59,575 nt of DNA from Methyloceanibacter sp. Its GTDB lineage: Bacteria > Pseudomonadota > Alphaproteobacteria > Rhizobiales > Methyloligellaceae. Below are positions 1 through 10,675 of this stretch, in pieces. Every line of letters starts with the position of its first letter. The first letter of the stretch is position 1. The stretch lies in the NCBI GenBank assembly GCA_035689365.1, contig DASSLP010000136.1, forward strand, positions 1 to 59,575. Direction: 5' to 3'. The notes beneath the pieces are model-generated. The model saw only the letters and a program-made list of their open reading frames with translations, was not told the origin of the DNA and did not search any database. The position numbers and the translations under genes were made by a program.

Positions 1-395
1 ATCACCTGTGCGCGGAAGGCCTCGGCCAGACGCAAGGCCTCGACCCGCTTCTCCCCTTTGCCGGCAACCTTCACCATCGCAAGCTCGCGCTCGATGGGGT
101 TGCCCTTGACAGTCAGGTCGGTGACCGAGTGCACCGGGACCAGCCGCTCGAGCTGATGCTGGATCTGCTCGATCACCATCGGCGTGCCGGTGGTGACGAT
201 GGTGATGCGCGAGAGACGCGCCTCGTGCTCGGTCTCGGACACGGTGAGCGACTCGATGTTGTAGCCGCGGCCGGAGAACAGCCCGATGACGCGGGCGAGC
301 ACGCCGGGCTCGTTGTCGACGAGCACGGTCATTGTGTGGGTCTCGAGCCGCTCCTCGCGATGCTCTAATGGGTAGGCCGATCCCGGCTGTGCCAT
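1..395 (-). CDS. ilvN: Acetolactate synthase small (regulatory) subunit, runs off the left edge
   Basis: Manual translation from ATG 395 gives MAQPGSAYP...HTMTVLVDNEPGVLARVIGLFSGRGYNIESLTV (ACT domain). It lies downstream of ilvB, and its ATG overlaps the upstream TGA. Confidence 0.95.
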   Translation of the reverse strand, partial: MAQPGSAYPLEHREERLETHTMTVLVDNEPGVLARVIGLFSGRGYNIESLTVSETEHEARLSRITIVTTGTPMVIEQIQHQLERLVPVHSVTDLTVKGNPIERELAMVKVAGKGEKRVEALRLAEAFRAQV

Positions 396-908
396 CAGTG
401 CCTTCCTCCTGCATCAGCCCCGCCGGTACTCTGCGATCCTTTCGCGCCGCCGAGCTCGATCATGCGAAGCGCGGTGGCGATGAGAAAGATCGAGGCCGGT
501 AGCACCAGCATCGGCCACTCGAATGGCCGCGAAAGCTCCACGGTGCCGACCACGACGCGGGCGAAGATCACGATCAGAACCACAATCACCACCTCGGCCA
601 GCGTCGCCTTGAGCTGGCCGACGCCTTCGACCTTCATCCAGTTCGGCAGTCTCTGCCCATAGCCCTTCCGGCAGACTGAAGACGAAGCCGATGGCGATGC
701 CATAGGCAAAGATCACCAACACGATGCCGAACAGGAAGGCGTCGACCGCCTCGAGCACGGAGACGACGACCTGCTGGCCTGAGAAGAAATCGAACCAGGC
801 GTGATACAGAAACGAGCTGCCCTGAAGGAACATGAGCAGCGCCCCAGCCATGGCGCCGGCCGAGCCGATCAGCATGATCGCGCGGAAGCCAAGAAGAAAC
901 GTCGGCAC
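395..908 (-). pseudogene. YqhA/UPF0114-like membrane protein split by a 1-nt frameshift at about 663-665
   Basis: The N-half is in ORF 414..908 (VLEAVDAFLFGIVLVIFAYGI) and the C-half in ORF 395..709 (LPNWMKVEGVGQLKATLAEVVIVVLIV). Removing one G from GAAGGGCTAT joins them as LPEGYGQRLPNW. Confidence 0.8.
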
Positions 909-930
909 GTTACGGGTTCCCGATTCATGC

Positions 931-2697
931 TTAGACCATCACCTTGCCTTCTTCGGTGATGGCGGCCTCGATGTCCTCCTCGGTGAGGTCATCGCCCATA
1001 AGCATGTGATTGTGCGCCTCTCCGCTCGGGATCATGGGGAAGCAATTGGCGTGCTTATCGACCCGGCAATCGAAAATGACGGGCTTTGGCACCGCGATCA
1101 TTTCGCGGATGGCGTCGTCGAGCTCCGACGGCTTCTCGGCTCTGATGCCAACCGCCTGATAGGCCTCGGCGAGCTTGACGAAATCCGGCAAGGCGGCGGT
1201 GTAGGAATGCGAATAGCGGCCGCCATGCAGCAGCTCCTGCCACTGGCGGACCATGCCCATGTATTCATTATTCAAAATGAAGATCTTGATCGGCAGGTCG
1301 TATTGCGCCGCGGTCGACATCTCCTGCATGGTCATCAGCACCGAGGCCTCGCCAGCAATATCTATGACCAGCGAATTCGGATGCGCGACCTGCACACCAA
1401 CGGCAGACGGTAGGCCGTAGCCCATGGTGCCGAGGCCGCCTGAGGTCATCCAGCGGTTGGGTTCTTCGAACTTGAAGAACTGGGCAGCCCACATTTGATG
1501 CTGGCCGACTTCGGTGGTGATGTAGGTGTCGTAGCCGCGGGTCAGCGCATAAAGGCGCTCGATCGCATATTGCGGCATGATTATATCGTCGCGCTTGCGG
1601 TAACGAAGGCATTGGCGCGCACGCCACGCATCGATTTGTGTCCACCACGTCTTGAGCGCGGCCTTGTCGACCTTGGACTTCTTGGCCTGCCAAGCATCGA
1701 TCATCTGCTGCAACACATGCGCGCAGTCGCCGACAATGGGTAAGTCCACCTTGACGTTCTTATTGATCGACGAGCGGTCGATATCGACGTGGATCTTCTT
1801 CGAGCCCGGCGAGAAGGCGTCGACGCGCCCGGTGATGCGGTCATCGAAGCGCGCACCGATGCAGATCATTACGTCGCAATCGTGCATGGCGTTGTTGGCC
1901 TCGTAAGTGCCATGCATGCCGAGCATGCCGAGCCACTGCTTGTCCGAGGCGGGGTAGGCGCCAAGGCCCATCAACGTGGAGGTGATGGGGAAGCCTGTCA
2001 TGAGCACGAGCTCGCGCAAGCGCTGGCTCGCCAGCGGGCCCGAATTGATGATGCCGCCGCCGGTATAGAAGAGCGGTCGCTTGGCGTTGGCCATCAGCTC
2101 GATGGCTGGTTGAACCGCGCGCTCGTCGCCAACGGTCCTTGGGTTGTAGCTCTTGTGCTGCGAGTTTGTGAGCCCGGTATAGTCGCCGCGCTGAAACTGG
2201 ATGTCCTTGGGAATATCGACCACGACGGGACCGGGACGTCCCGTGCGCGCGACATAAAATGCCTCGTGCAGAACACGCGACAGAGAGTTCACGTCCTTGA
2301 CGAGATAATTGTGCTTGGTGCAGGGGCGGGTGATGCCGACCGTGTCGCACTCCTGGAAGGCATCATTGCCGATGAGATGGGTCGGCACCTGCCCGGTGAT
2401 GCACACAACAGGGATTGAATCCATAAGCGCATCGGTGAGACCGGTGACGGCATTGGTCGCGCCAGGGCCCGAGGTCACCAGCATGACGCCGACCTTGCCG
2501 GTCGAACGTGCATAGCCCTCGGCGGCATGCGCGGCGCCCTGTTCGTGGCGGACCAGGATGTGCTTGATCCTGTCCTGCTGGAACAGCTCGTCATAGATCG
2601 GCAGGACGGCGCCACCCGGATAGCCGAAGATATGCTCGACGCCCTGATCGGCGAGTGCCTGAAGCACCATCTGGGCGCCTGTCATCGCACGCGACAT
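931..2697 (-). CDS. ilvB: Acetolactate synthase large subunit
   Basis: Motifs IFGYPGGAVLPIYD, RHEQGAAHAAEGYAR, SGGLGTMGYGLP and the ThDP motif GEAS...ILNN. ATG 2697 is preferred over TTG 2715. Confidence 0.97.
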   Translation of the reverse strand: MSRAMTGAQMVLQALADQGVEHIFGYPGGAVLPIYDELFQQDRIKHILVRHEQGAAHAAEGYARSTGKVGVMLVTSGPGATNAVTGLTDALMDSIPVVCITGQVPTHLIGNDAFQECDTVGITRPCTKHNYLVKDVNSLSRVLHEAFYVARTGRPGPVVVDIPKDIQFQRGDYTGLTNSQHKSYNPRTVGDERAVQPAIELMANAKRPLFYTGGGIINSGPLASQRLRELVLMTGFPITSTLMGLGAYPASDKQWLGMLGMHGTYEANNAMHDCDVMICIGARFDDRITGRVDAFSPGSKKIHVDIDRSSINKNVKVDLPIVGDCAHVLQQMIDAWQAKKSKVDKAALKTWWTQIDAWRARQCLRYRKRDDIIMPQYAIERLYALTRGYDTYITTEVGQHQMWAAQFFKFEEPNRWMTSGGLGTMGYGLPSAVGVQVAHPNSLVIDIAGEASVLMTMQEMSTAAQYDLPIKIFILNNEYMGMVRQWQELLHGGRYSHSYTAALPDFVKLAEAYQAVGIRAEKPSELDDAIREMIAVPKPVIFDCRVDKHANCFPMIPSGEAHNHMLMGDDLTEEDIEAAITEEGKVMV

Positions 2698-2713
2698 CTT
2701 TAGTCCCACTGAC

Positions 2714-2749
2714 AAAAACCGGCCCAGCGCCTCGCGGCTTGTGGCCGGT
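2714..2749 (-). terminator. Terminator-like hairpin in the ilvB leader
   Basis: On the minus strand, an ACCGGCC...GGCCGGT stem is followed by a T run, about 16 nt before the ilvB ATG. Confidence 0.5.
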
Positions 2750-2790
2750 CAAAACTCAAGGAATGGCGGAAAAGCCTTAACAAGCGGCGC

Positions 2791-2819
2791 ACCCTAAGGC
2801 TTGGCCCGAAGAGGGTCAA
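2791..2819 (-). promoter_or_regulatory. Putative sigma70 promoter of ilvB
   Basis: TTGACC-N17-TAGGGT on the minus strand. Confidence 0.55.
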
Positions 2820-3066
2820 TGCCGAATGCAAATGAATGGCAACGTTTTTGCCTTTCGTGTTTCTAAAAATTACTAATCGCTAGCGTGGCCGAGGGTTTTA
2901 TTGCGCAACCACTGGCGCGTTATGGTAGGGGACTGGCCTTTCGCAGTGCACAATCGACCTAGACAAGGGCCGTGGTTAAGCCTATGTCCCTACCGCCTTG
3001 AGGGACCGCGACGATGCTTTCCGCGTTGTCGCGATATCTTTTTCAACGCCCTTTTATCTCCTTCGC

Positions 3067-4986
3067 ATGCCGCAGGCCCAGCCAACAACTCCTGCCATAG
3101 CCGGCGGCGACGCCGCAACGCACGACTATGGTCGGTTCTGGGCACTGACACTCGGCTCAATCGGGGTCGTGTACGGCGATATCGGCACGAGCCCGCTCTA
3201 CGCGGTACGCGAGTCGGTATTGGCGGCGGTGGGGCCGACGGCGGCGGCCGGCGAAGAAGTGATCCTCGGCATTCTATCGCTCATCATCTGGGCGCTCTTC
3301 CTCATCGTCACTGTCAAATATGTGATCATTCTGCTGCGTGCCGACAATAACGGTGAAGGTGGCACGCTCGCCTTGATGGCGCTTGCCCACCGTGCCCTCG
3401 GGGGCAAAAGCTTCACCACCATCATCTTGCTCGGCATGATAAGCGCCGCGCTGTTCTACGGCGACGCGATGATCACACCAGCACTCTCGGTGTTGGCGGC
3501 GGTTGAAGGTCTTGAGGTGGCGACGCCGGCCTTCAGTCACTACGTGGTGCCGCTGGCGGTGTTCATCCTGTTCGCTTTGTTTGCTGTGCAGTCGCGCGGT
3601 ACGCACAGGGTCGCCGCATTTTTCGGTCCCATAACGCTCGTTTGGTTCATCGTCATTGCGATCGCGGGCGCCTCGTATGTGGCGCAAAATTTGAGCGTGC
3701 TCGCGGCGTTCAACCCTCTCCACGGGGTAAAGTTCTTGTTGAGCCACGGCTATATCGGCCTGCTAACGCTTGGCGCCGTGTTCCTCGTAGTGACCGGATC
3801 AGAGGCCCTTTATGCCGATCTCGGGCATTTCGGCAGAGGACCGATCCGGACGGCGTGGCTCACGATCGCTCTCCCGGCGCTTACCATCAATTATCTCGGC
3901 CAGGGTGCGCTACTCATCGGCAACCCTAAGGCGATCGAGAACCCGTTCTTTCTGCTTTATCCGGACTGGGCGCAACTGCCGATGGTTGGGCTCGCCACCG
4001 CAGCCACTGTCATCGCGAGCCAAGCGGTGATCTCGGGTGCCTACTCGTTGACGCAGCAGGCAGTCCAACTCGGCCTCCTGCCCCGTCTCGAAATTCGCCA
4101 CACCTCCGAGGCCCAGTTCGGGCAAATTTATATTCCGCGCGTCAACACGCTGCTCCTGCTCGGCGTGCTCATTTTGGTCGTGCAGTTCAAGTCGTCGGGC
4201 GCGCTCGCTTCGGCCTACGGCATCGCGGTCACCGGCACTATGGTGGTGACGGCGATGATGGCAATAGTCGTCGTTTGGAAATATTGGAAGTGGCCGATCT
4301 GGGCATCGGCCCTTTTGATCGGGCCTTTCCTCTTTATCGACCTCACATTTCTCAGCGCCAACATGCTCAAGGTGTTCAGCGGCGGGTGGGTGCCGCTTCT
4401 GATTGGCGCCATGGTGATGACCATCATGCTCACCTGGACAAAAGGCGCACGCATTCTCGGCAACAAGACGCGGCGCTTGGAAACGCCTATCGACAGCCTG
4501 ATCGCGAGTCTCGAGAGTAGCCAACCACATAAGGTTCGAGGCACGGCCGTATTTCTCACCGCCGACCCCGATAGCGCCCCTACGGCCCTTCTGCACAGCC
4601 TCAAGCACTACAAGGTGCTGCATGAGCAGAACGTGATACTCACCATCATCACCGAAAACACCCCGCGCGTGCCCGTCGCAGATCGGGTCAGCATTGAGCC
4701 TCTCGGCAAGCTGTTCACGCGCATACTGATCCGTTTCGGCTTCGCAGAGACACCGAACATTCCGAAAGCTCTCGCGCTCGCTCGCAAGCAAGGCTTGAGC
4801 TTCGACATTATGTCGACCTCGTTCTTCCTGTCGCGCCGCGCGGTACGGTCAGACCCGAAATCTGGGATGCCGACCTGGCAGGACCGGCTGTTCATCATCC
4901 TCGCCAAGAACGCCGACGATGCGTCGAGCTATTTCGGGCTTCCAACCGACCGCGTGGTCGAGATCGGCACCCAAGTCACGGTGTGA
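3067..4986 (+). CDS. kup: KUP/HAK potassium transporter
   Basis: Motifs [39 protein letters not shown] and GQIYIPRVN. The start is uncertain (ATG 3067 vs TTG 2998). Confidence 0.96.
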   Translation: MPQAQPTTPAIAGGDAATHDYGRFWALTLGSIGVVYGDIGTSPLYAVRESVLAAVGPTAAAGEEVILGILSLIIWALFLIVTVKYVIILLRADNNGEGGTLALMALAHRALGGKSFTTIILLGMISAALFYGDAMITPALSVLAAVEGLEVATPAFSHYVVPLAVFILFALFAVQSRGTHRVAAFFGPITLVWFIVIAIAGASYVAQNLSVLAAFNPLHGVKFLLSHGYIGLLTLGAVFLVVTGSEALYADLGHFGRGPIRTAWLTIALPALTINYLGQGALLIGNPKAIENPFFLLYPDWAQLPMVGLATAATVIASQAVISGAYSLTQQAVQLGLLPRLEIRHTSEAQFGQIYIPRVNTLLLLGVLILVVQFKSSGALASAYGIAVTGTMVVTAMMAIVVVWKYWKWPIWASALLIGPFLFIDLTFLSANMLKVFSGGWVPLLIGAMVMTIMLTWTKGARILGNKTRRLETPIDSLIASLESSQPHKVRGTAVFLTADPDSAPTALLHSLKHYKVLHEQNVILTIITENTPRVPVADRVSIEPLGKLFTRILIRFGFAETPNIPKALALARKQGLSFDIMSTSFFLSRRAVRSDPKSGMPTWQDRLFIILAKNADDASSYFGLPTDRVVEIGTQVTV

Positions 4987-5896
4987 GAAAGCGGGCAATG
5001 GTAGCATCGACCGCGGCATCCGTATCAGGGAACCATTCCCAGTCGGCCATGTGGCGTCTGAGCCAGGTCATCTGCCGCTTGGCATAACGGCGGGTCTCGG
5101 TCTTTGCCTTTGCCACGGCGTCCTCGAAGCTAGTGGCACCGGCAAGATAGCCCCTGAGCTCGCGCACCCCATGCGCGCGCATGGCGGGAAGGCCGTCGTC
5201 GAGGCCGAGTGCCAGAAGAGCGCGCACCTCTTCAAGCGCGCCGAGCTCGATCATGCGGTCGAATCTCGCATCGATCGCCGCGTAAAGCGGCTCGCGCTCA
5301 GGCGCGATGACAAACTTCAGCACGGTGTCGGGATCGAACACAGGCGGCGCGTTGGCGCCTTGCCACTCGGCGAGCGAGACGCCGGTAGCGTCGATGACTT
5401 CGAGCGCGCGCACCACGCGTTGTGTATCGCTTGGCCTGACCCTGGCGGCCATGGCGGGATCGCGCGCCACAAGCTCCCGATGCAGCTCGCCAGTCCCAAG
5501 CAGCTCGGCCTGCGCGCGCCAATGAGCGCGGACCTCGGGCGGAATGTCAGGGACCGGAGCCAAGCCTTCGAGCAAAGCCTTGAAGTAGAGGCCTGTGCCG
5601 CCGACCAGGATCGGCACCCTGCCTTTGCCGCCCGCCTCAGCTATCGCCCGCGCAGCATCCTGGAGCCAGCTTCCGACCGAATAGGCGTCGCGCGCAGAAA
5701 TGATTCCGTAGAGACGATGCAGAACGCGGTCCATGTCCGCCTGCGAGGGCCGCGCCGCCAGTATGGCAAGCTCGCGATAGACCTGCATTGAGTCGGCATT
5801 GATGACGGCGCCGCGCAAGCGCGAAGCTAGTGCAAGGGCAGCGGCAGACTTGCCGCTCGCCGTCGGCCCGGCAATGAGAATTGAAGAGGGCGTCAG
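4976..5896 (-). CDS. miaA: tRNA dimethylallyltransferase with an apparent non-canonical start
   Basis: Motifs [16 protein letters not shown] and [11 protein letters not shown]. The P-loop [12 protein letters not shown] lies in frame upstream of the track ORF start (5818), and the frame opens at CTG 5896. Confidence 0.93.
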   Translation of the reverse strand: MTPSSILIAGPTASGKSAAALALASRLRGAVINADSMQVYRELAILAARPSQADMDRVLHRLYGIISARDAYSVGSWLQDAARAIAEAGGKGRVPILVGGTGLYFKALLEGLAPVPDIPPEVRAHWRAQAELLGTGELHRELVARDPAMAARVRPSDTQRVVRALEVIDATGVSLAEWQGANAPPVFDPDTVLKFVIAPEREPLYAAIDARFDRMIELGALEEVRALLALGLDDGLPAMRAHGVRELRGYLAGATSFEDAVAKAKTETRRYAKRQMTWLRRHMADWEWFPDTDAAVDATIARFLTP

Positions 5897-5899
5897 GGC

Positions 5900-7396
5900 C
5901 TAGCTCGTCGGCACGGCGACAAAACGGAGCTCGCCCTTGGCGTCGGACAGCAGGAACAGGATCTGCTTCCGCCCAGACTTCCTGACCGCAAGTAGTCGCG
6001 CTTTGACGTCCTGCGGCTGCTTCACCTTCTCCTGCGTCACCTCGACGATCACGTCGCCTGGCTTCACGTTCTTCTGCGCCGCCGGGCTGTCGGGCTTCAC
6101 CTCGGTGATGACCACGCCTTCGATCGATTTGCCAATGCCATATTGGTTGCGCAGCTCGTCGGTCAATGGCGCAATAGATAGGCCGAGCAGGTCCTCCTTC
6201 TCAGGCTCGCTTTGCGGCTGTTCCTCCTCGCCCTTGACCGTGTCTGCGGCTTCTTCCTCCTCCGGCAACTTCCCGACCGTGACGGTCACGTCGACGGTCT
6301 GGCCCTTGCGGAGGAGCTCGATTGGAACTGCCTTACCGATAGCGGTCGCAGCGACGGCGCGCGGCAGGCTGCGCATATTCTCGATAGGCTGCCCGTCGAA
6401 TTTGAGGATCACGTCGGAAGGCTCGATGCCTGCGGCGGACGCCGGACTGTCGGGGGTGACCTTGGCGACCAGAGCGCCGGTCGGCTCTTTCAGCCCGAGG
6501 CTGGTGGCGAGTTCATCGGTCACGTTCTGCACATGCACGCCGAGCCAGCCGCGCCGTGTCTCGCCAAATTGTTTGAGCTGATCGACCACCTGCACGGCGC
6601 TGTTCGATGGCACGGCGAAGCCGATGCCGATCGAGCCACCGCTTGGCGAGATGATCGCGGTGTTCACCCCGATCACCTGCCCGTCCATGTTGAACAACGG
6701 ACCGCCGGAATTGCCGCGATTGATGGCTGCGTCGGTCTGGAGGAAGTCGTCGTACGGCCCGGCATTGATGTCGCGCTTGGTGGCGGAGATGATGCCGACC
6801 GTGACGCTGCCGCCAAGCCCGAAGGGATTGCCGATCGCCATCACCCAGTCGCCGACCCGCATCTTTGCGGAATCGCCGAAGCTGACCGCATGAAGCGGCT
6901 TCTTCGGCTCGACCTTGAGAAGCGCGAGGTCGGTCTTGGGATCGTGACCCAAGATCTTCACCACCTTGAGTTTGGTGCCGTCGGTGAAGTTGATGATGAT
7001 CTCGTCGGCGCCCTCGATCACATGATTGTTGGTGACGATCAGGCCTGAGGGGTCGACGACGAAGCCAGAGCCGAGCGAGCTGACCTTGCGCGGCAAACCT
7101 TCCTTGTCCTCGTCGTCGAAGAAATCGTCGAAGAACTCCTCGAACGGCGAGCCCTTGGGACCCGGACCGGACTGCGTGCCTTCGGCACTACCCTTCAACG
7201 TCTGCGTGGTCGAGATGTTGACCACCGTGTCCTGCAGGCCTTCGGCAACATCGGCGACCGATTCAGGGCCACGCGCGAGGCTCGGCGTAGCAATAAGGGG
7301 CGTTCCGGTAAGAAGCACGAACGACGCTGCGGCGTAGCACCAACGCCGAAGGTTTGGCATGGAAAGAAGGGCCCTACCGCCGCTCGCCTGCATCAA
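5900..7396 (-). CDS. degP: Do/DegP-family periplasmic serine protease with two PDZ domains
   Basis: Signal peptide; catalytic motifs TNNHVI, KTDLALL and DAAINRGNSGGPL; two PDZ-like regions; GAGGAG RBS. Confidence 0.93.
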   Translation of the reverse strand: MMQASGGRALLSMPNLRRWCYAAASFVLLTGTPLIATPSLARGPESVADVAEGLQDTVVNISTTQTLKGSAEGTQSGPGPKGSPFEEFFDDFFDDEDKEGLPRKVSSLGSGFVVDPSGLIVTNNHVIEGADEIIINFTDGTKLKVVKILGHDPKTDLALLKVEPKKPLHAVSFGDSAKMRVGDWVMAIGNPFGLGGSVTVGIISATKRDINAGPYDDFLQTDAAINRGNSGGPLFNMDGQVIGVNTAIISPSGGSIGIGFAVPSNSAVQVVDQLKQFGETRRGWLGVHVQNVTDELATSLGLKEPTGALVAKVTPDSPASAAGIEPSDVILKFDGQPIENMRSLPRAVAATAIGKAVPIELLRKGQTVDVTVTVGKLPEEEEAADTVKGEEEQPQSEPEKEDLLGLSIAPLTDELRNQYGIGKSIEGVVITEVKPDSPAAQKNVKPGDVIVEVTQEKVKQPQDVKARLLAVRKSGRKQILFLLSDAKGELRFVAVPTS

Positions 7397-7496
7397 TTGA
7401 AGTCTCCTCGCTCGCCGTCATCTGAAGTGGAACGTCCGCCATTTTAGCGGAAATCCGAGGGAAAGCGACCTGCCGTCGCAAAAACCGCGTCGAGTG

Positions 7497-7682
7497 CTAG
7501 CCGCGTATCATCCAGATCAGAACGACGCCTGCGGCAACCGTGAGCGCGCCGCCGAGCCTGAGGGACGTCTCCGGGATTTCCGCCGTTGCTTCCAACATCT
7601 TACGTCCAAACCGCGGCGCAAGTGCCCAGAGCGACCCCTCGATGACGAGAACGAGCCCGAACGCAACGGCGAGGTCGCTCAT
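7497..7682 (-). CDS. DUF2065 (YjeT-like) small membrane protein
   Basis: AFGLVLVIEG...LRLGG motif, in its usual position after hflC. Confidence 0.88.
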   Translation of the reverse strand: MSDLAVAFGLVLVIEGSLWALAPRFGRKMLEATAEIPETSLRLGGALTVAAGVVLIWMIRG

Positions 7683-7720
7683 GTTGCAAGCGCCATTCCT
7701 GGTCCGCTAGCTGCCTGGCC

Positions 7721-8854
7721 TTACGGCGCCTGCCGGGCTTCCGGATGCGCTTGTTCGGCCGAAACATCGTGCTGCGGCTGGACAGTACCGCCGGCGGCCG
7801 CGCCTTGTTCGGTATCGGGGTTAGAGCCGTTGTCCGTCGGCGCAGCGGGCTTCTCGGCGGGTTTCGAGGTCGCCGGGCTCGGAGGTTGCGCCGTCTTTCC
7901 GGTGTCGTCGTTGAAATACTGGAAGAATTGCGAGTCGGGGCTTAGTAAAAGCCGCGTCCCGTCCGACTTCAGTGAAGCCTCGTAGGCCTGCATCGACCGG
8001 TAAAAGGCGAAGAAATCGGGGTCCTTGTTGAAGGCATCGGCGTAGATACGGTTGCGCTGGGCGTCGCCATCGCCGCGAATTCTCTCCGATTCTCCAGTGG
8101 CCTCGGCCTTGATCACCGTCACCTGACGGTCGGCGTCGGCGCGAATGCCGCGCGACGCCCCCTCGCCTTCGGCCCTAATTTCCGCCGCCTGCTGTTGACG
8201 CTCGGTTTGCATGCGCCGATAGATCGCTTGCATGTTCGGCTCCGGCAAATCGACGCGCTTGATACGAACGTCGACGACTTTGACGCCGAACGGCTCAGCC
8301 TCTTGGTTCACCTGGCTGGCGATGGTGCGCATTAGCGCCTCGCGTTTGTCGCGCACGACGGCGACGAAGCTTGCGCCGCCAAGCACCCGCCGCAGCGACG
8401 CTTCAAGCACTGCGCCCAGCCGCGAATTTGCAGTTTGCTCGTCGCGCACTGCCTGGAAGAACAATAGCGGGTTGACGATCTTGTAGCGGGCGAAGGCGTC
8501 GACGACGAGGCGCTTCTGATCCGATGCGATCACTTCCTCTGAACCCGTGTCGATATCGAGAATGCGCTTGTCGAAATATTCGACGTTCTGGATGAACGGA
8601 ATCTTGAAATAGAGGCCAGGTCCGGAATTGTCCGGGCCGAGTACATTACCACGAGGCTGCTGGCCTCCGGTCTCCTCCGCGGCGCCTTCCTTCGCCGGCG
8701 TCAGCCCACCGGGCGCGTTAAGGACACGGATCGGATTGCCGAATTGCAGCACCAGGGCCTGTTGCGTCTGCTGGACGGTAAACAGAGAAAGATAACCAAC
8801 GATCGCGGCGATCGCGAACAGCACAAGGAGGAACGTGAGTACAGCGCGGCTCAT
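7721..8854 (-). CDS. hflC: FtsH modulator HflC
   Basis: N-terminal TM segment, PGLYFKIPF, DKRILDID, RMQTERQ and DPDFFAFYRSMQAY. Confidence 0.96.
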   Translation of the reverse strand: MSRAVLTFLLVLFAIAAIVGYLSLFTVQQTQQALVLQFGNPIRVLNAPGGLTPAKEGAAEETGGQQPRGNVLGPDNSGPGLYFKIPFIQNVEYFDKRILDIDTGSEEVIASDQKRLVVDAFARYKIVNPLLFFQAVRDEQTANSRLGAVLEASLRRVLGGASFVAVVRDKREALMRTIASQVNQEAEPFGVKVVDVRIKRVDLPEPNMQAIYRRMQTERQQQAAEIRAEGEGASRGIRADADRQVTVIKAEATGESERIRGDGDAQRNRIYADAFNKDPDFFAFYRSMQAYEASLKSDGTRLLLSPDSQFFQYFNDDTGKTAQPPSPATSKPAEKPAAPTDNGSNPDTEQGAAAGGTVQPQHDVSAEQAHPEARQAP

Positions 8855-9972
8855 TGCTGCGGCTCCGGGCTTGGCGGGCGCTTTGAGAACTCCGGGAGCG
8901 GCAGATACGGCACGACCCCTTGCCCCGCCTTCGGATCGATGATCACCTTGTCAGTGTCGCCAAGCACGTGCTGCATGGTCTCGATGAACATGCGCTTGCG
9001 GGTGACCTCGGGCGCGAGCTTGTACTGCTCATAGACCTTGAGGAAGCGGTCGGCCTCGCCCTTCGATTCGGCGATCACTTGGCCACGGTAGCCTTGCGCC
9101 GCCTGGAGGATGCGCTCGGCGTCGCCCTTGGCTTCCTGAATTACCCTGTTGGCGTAGGCTCTGGCTTCGTTCTGGAGCCGCTCCTTATCGGCGCGCGCAG
9201 CCTGTACATCGCGGAAGGCGTCGATCACCTGCTGCGGCGGGTCCACCTTCTGTAGCTGTACTTGCCGGACCAAAACGCCGGCCCCGTAGCTGTCGAGCGT
9301 TTGTTGCATCAGTTCCTGCACCGAGGTTTCGGTCTTGGCGCGCGCCTCGGTCAGGATCGGCTCGATGTCGCTTTGGCCGACGATCTCGCGCATGGCGCTC
9401 TCGGCCACGTCCTTCACCGTGCCTTCTGGATTTTGGATATTGAACAGATAGTCGGACGCGTTCTTGATCTGCCAGAACACCACGAAGTCGACATCGACGA
9501 TGTTCTCGTCGCCGGTGAGCATCAGGCTTTCCTCGGGCACGTCGCGGATCGTGCCCGCAGTGTCGCGCCCATCTGAAGTGGTAGAGCCGCGCATGCCAAT
9601 CTCGATGCGATTGACGCGGGTAACTTTCGGCAGCTCGACCTGCTCGATTGGGTAGGGCCAGCGGAAGTTGAGGCCGGGCGGCAGTTGACGCACATATTTG
9701 CCGAATCGGAGGACGATGCCGAGTTCTTCGGGATTCACCCGCACGGTGAAGCCGAAGAAGCCGATCAGGACAACCGCAATGACGGCGGCCAGCGCAGTGA
9801 AGGGCCCGGGCACACCGCCGCCTGGCATGGCCTGGCGAATGCGATCCTGGCCGCGGCGGAGAATCTCTTCAAGATCCGGCTGCTGGCCGCCGGGTCCCGT
9901 GGGGCGCGGGCCCCAAGGGCCACCGCCGCCGCCCTTCCAACCGCCGCCGCCGCTTTGATTGCTCCAAGGCAT
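8851..9972 (-). CDS. hflK: FtsH modulator HflK
   Basis: MPWSNQSGGGG N-terminus, MLTGDENIVDV and VIDAFRDVQAA. Confidence 0.97.
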   Translation of the reverse strand: MPWSNQSGGGGWKGGGGGPWGPRPTGPGGQQPDLEEILRRGQDRIRQAMPGGGVPGPFTALAAVIAVVLIGFFGFTVRVNPEELGIVLRFGKYVRQLPPGLNFRWPYPIEQVELPKVTRVNRIEIGMRGSTTSDGRDTAGTIRDVPEESLMLTGDENIVDVDFVVFWQIKNASDYLFNIQNPEGTVKDVAESAMREIVGQSDIEPILTEARAKTETSVQELMQQTLDSYGAGVLVRQVQLQKVDPPQQVIDAFRDVQAARADKERLQNEARAYANRVIQEAKGDAERILQAAQGYRGQVIAESKGEADRFLKVYEQYKLAPEVTRKRMFIETMQHVLGDTDKVIIDPKAGQGVVPYLPLPEFSKRPPSPEPQQ

Positions 9973-10132
9973 GATGAAACATCGTCCCGATATGTTGTGA
10001 AGGGTGGCGCTAAAGACCGGCCGTGCGGAGCGATCAGCTAACGAGACAAACTAGCTCGATCAAAATGGCGGTCCTGCGACAAGGATCGGCAAGGTTATAG
10101 GCCAGTCACCGGGGCGGTGCAATGCGACCGAG

Positions 10133-10675
10133 CTACGGAGCACCCACCCGCTCAAGTACGACGAAGCTGAAGGCGTGCTCGTCGCGCGGGCCGGCCTCGT
10201 GCCTCTCGCGTGAGATCTCGCGCCATTCGCCTTTGTCGAGATCTGGAAACCAGGTGTCGGCATCCGGCGAGGCGTGCACCTCGGTGCGATAGATGCGGCG
10301 GGCTCGCGGAAGCACCTCACGAAACACATCCTCGCCGCCGATCACCATGATCTCGTCCGCGCCTGTCCGCTTCGCGGAGGCGCGCGCCGCGGCGAGCCCC
10401 GCCTCGAGGCTGTGGGCCATGACGGCGTCAGGCGCGACGAAGCCTTGGTCTCGGGTGAGCACGATATTGAGCCGTCCGTCGAGAACGCGCGGCAGGGACT
10501 TGAAGGTGCGCCGTCCCATGATCACCGGCTTGCCCATGGTGATCTTGCGGAAATAGCGCATGTCGCTCGACAGCCGCCACGGCAAGTCCCCGCCTCTGCC
10601 GATCGCCCCGTTCTCGGCCATCGCCACGACCAGCGCGATGACAGGCGACTCAGCCGCCCGTTTGTCAGGAGTCAC
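10133..10675 (-). CDS. folA: Dihydrofolate reductase
   Basis: [20 protein letters not shown] and IGG; overlaps the thyA stop. Confidence 0.96.
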   Translation of the reverse strand: MTPDKRAAESPVIALVVAMAENGAIGRGGDLPWRLSSDMRYFRKITMGKPVIMGRRTFKSLPRVLDGRLNIVLTRDQGFVAPDAVMAHSLEAGLAAARASAKRTGADEIMVIGGEDVFREVLPRARRIYRTEVHASPDADTWFPDLDKGEWREISRERHEAGPRDEHAFSFVVLERVGAP

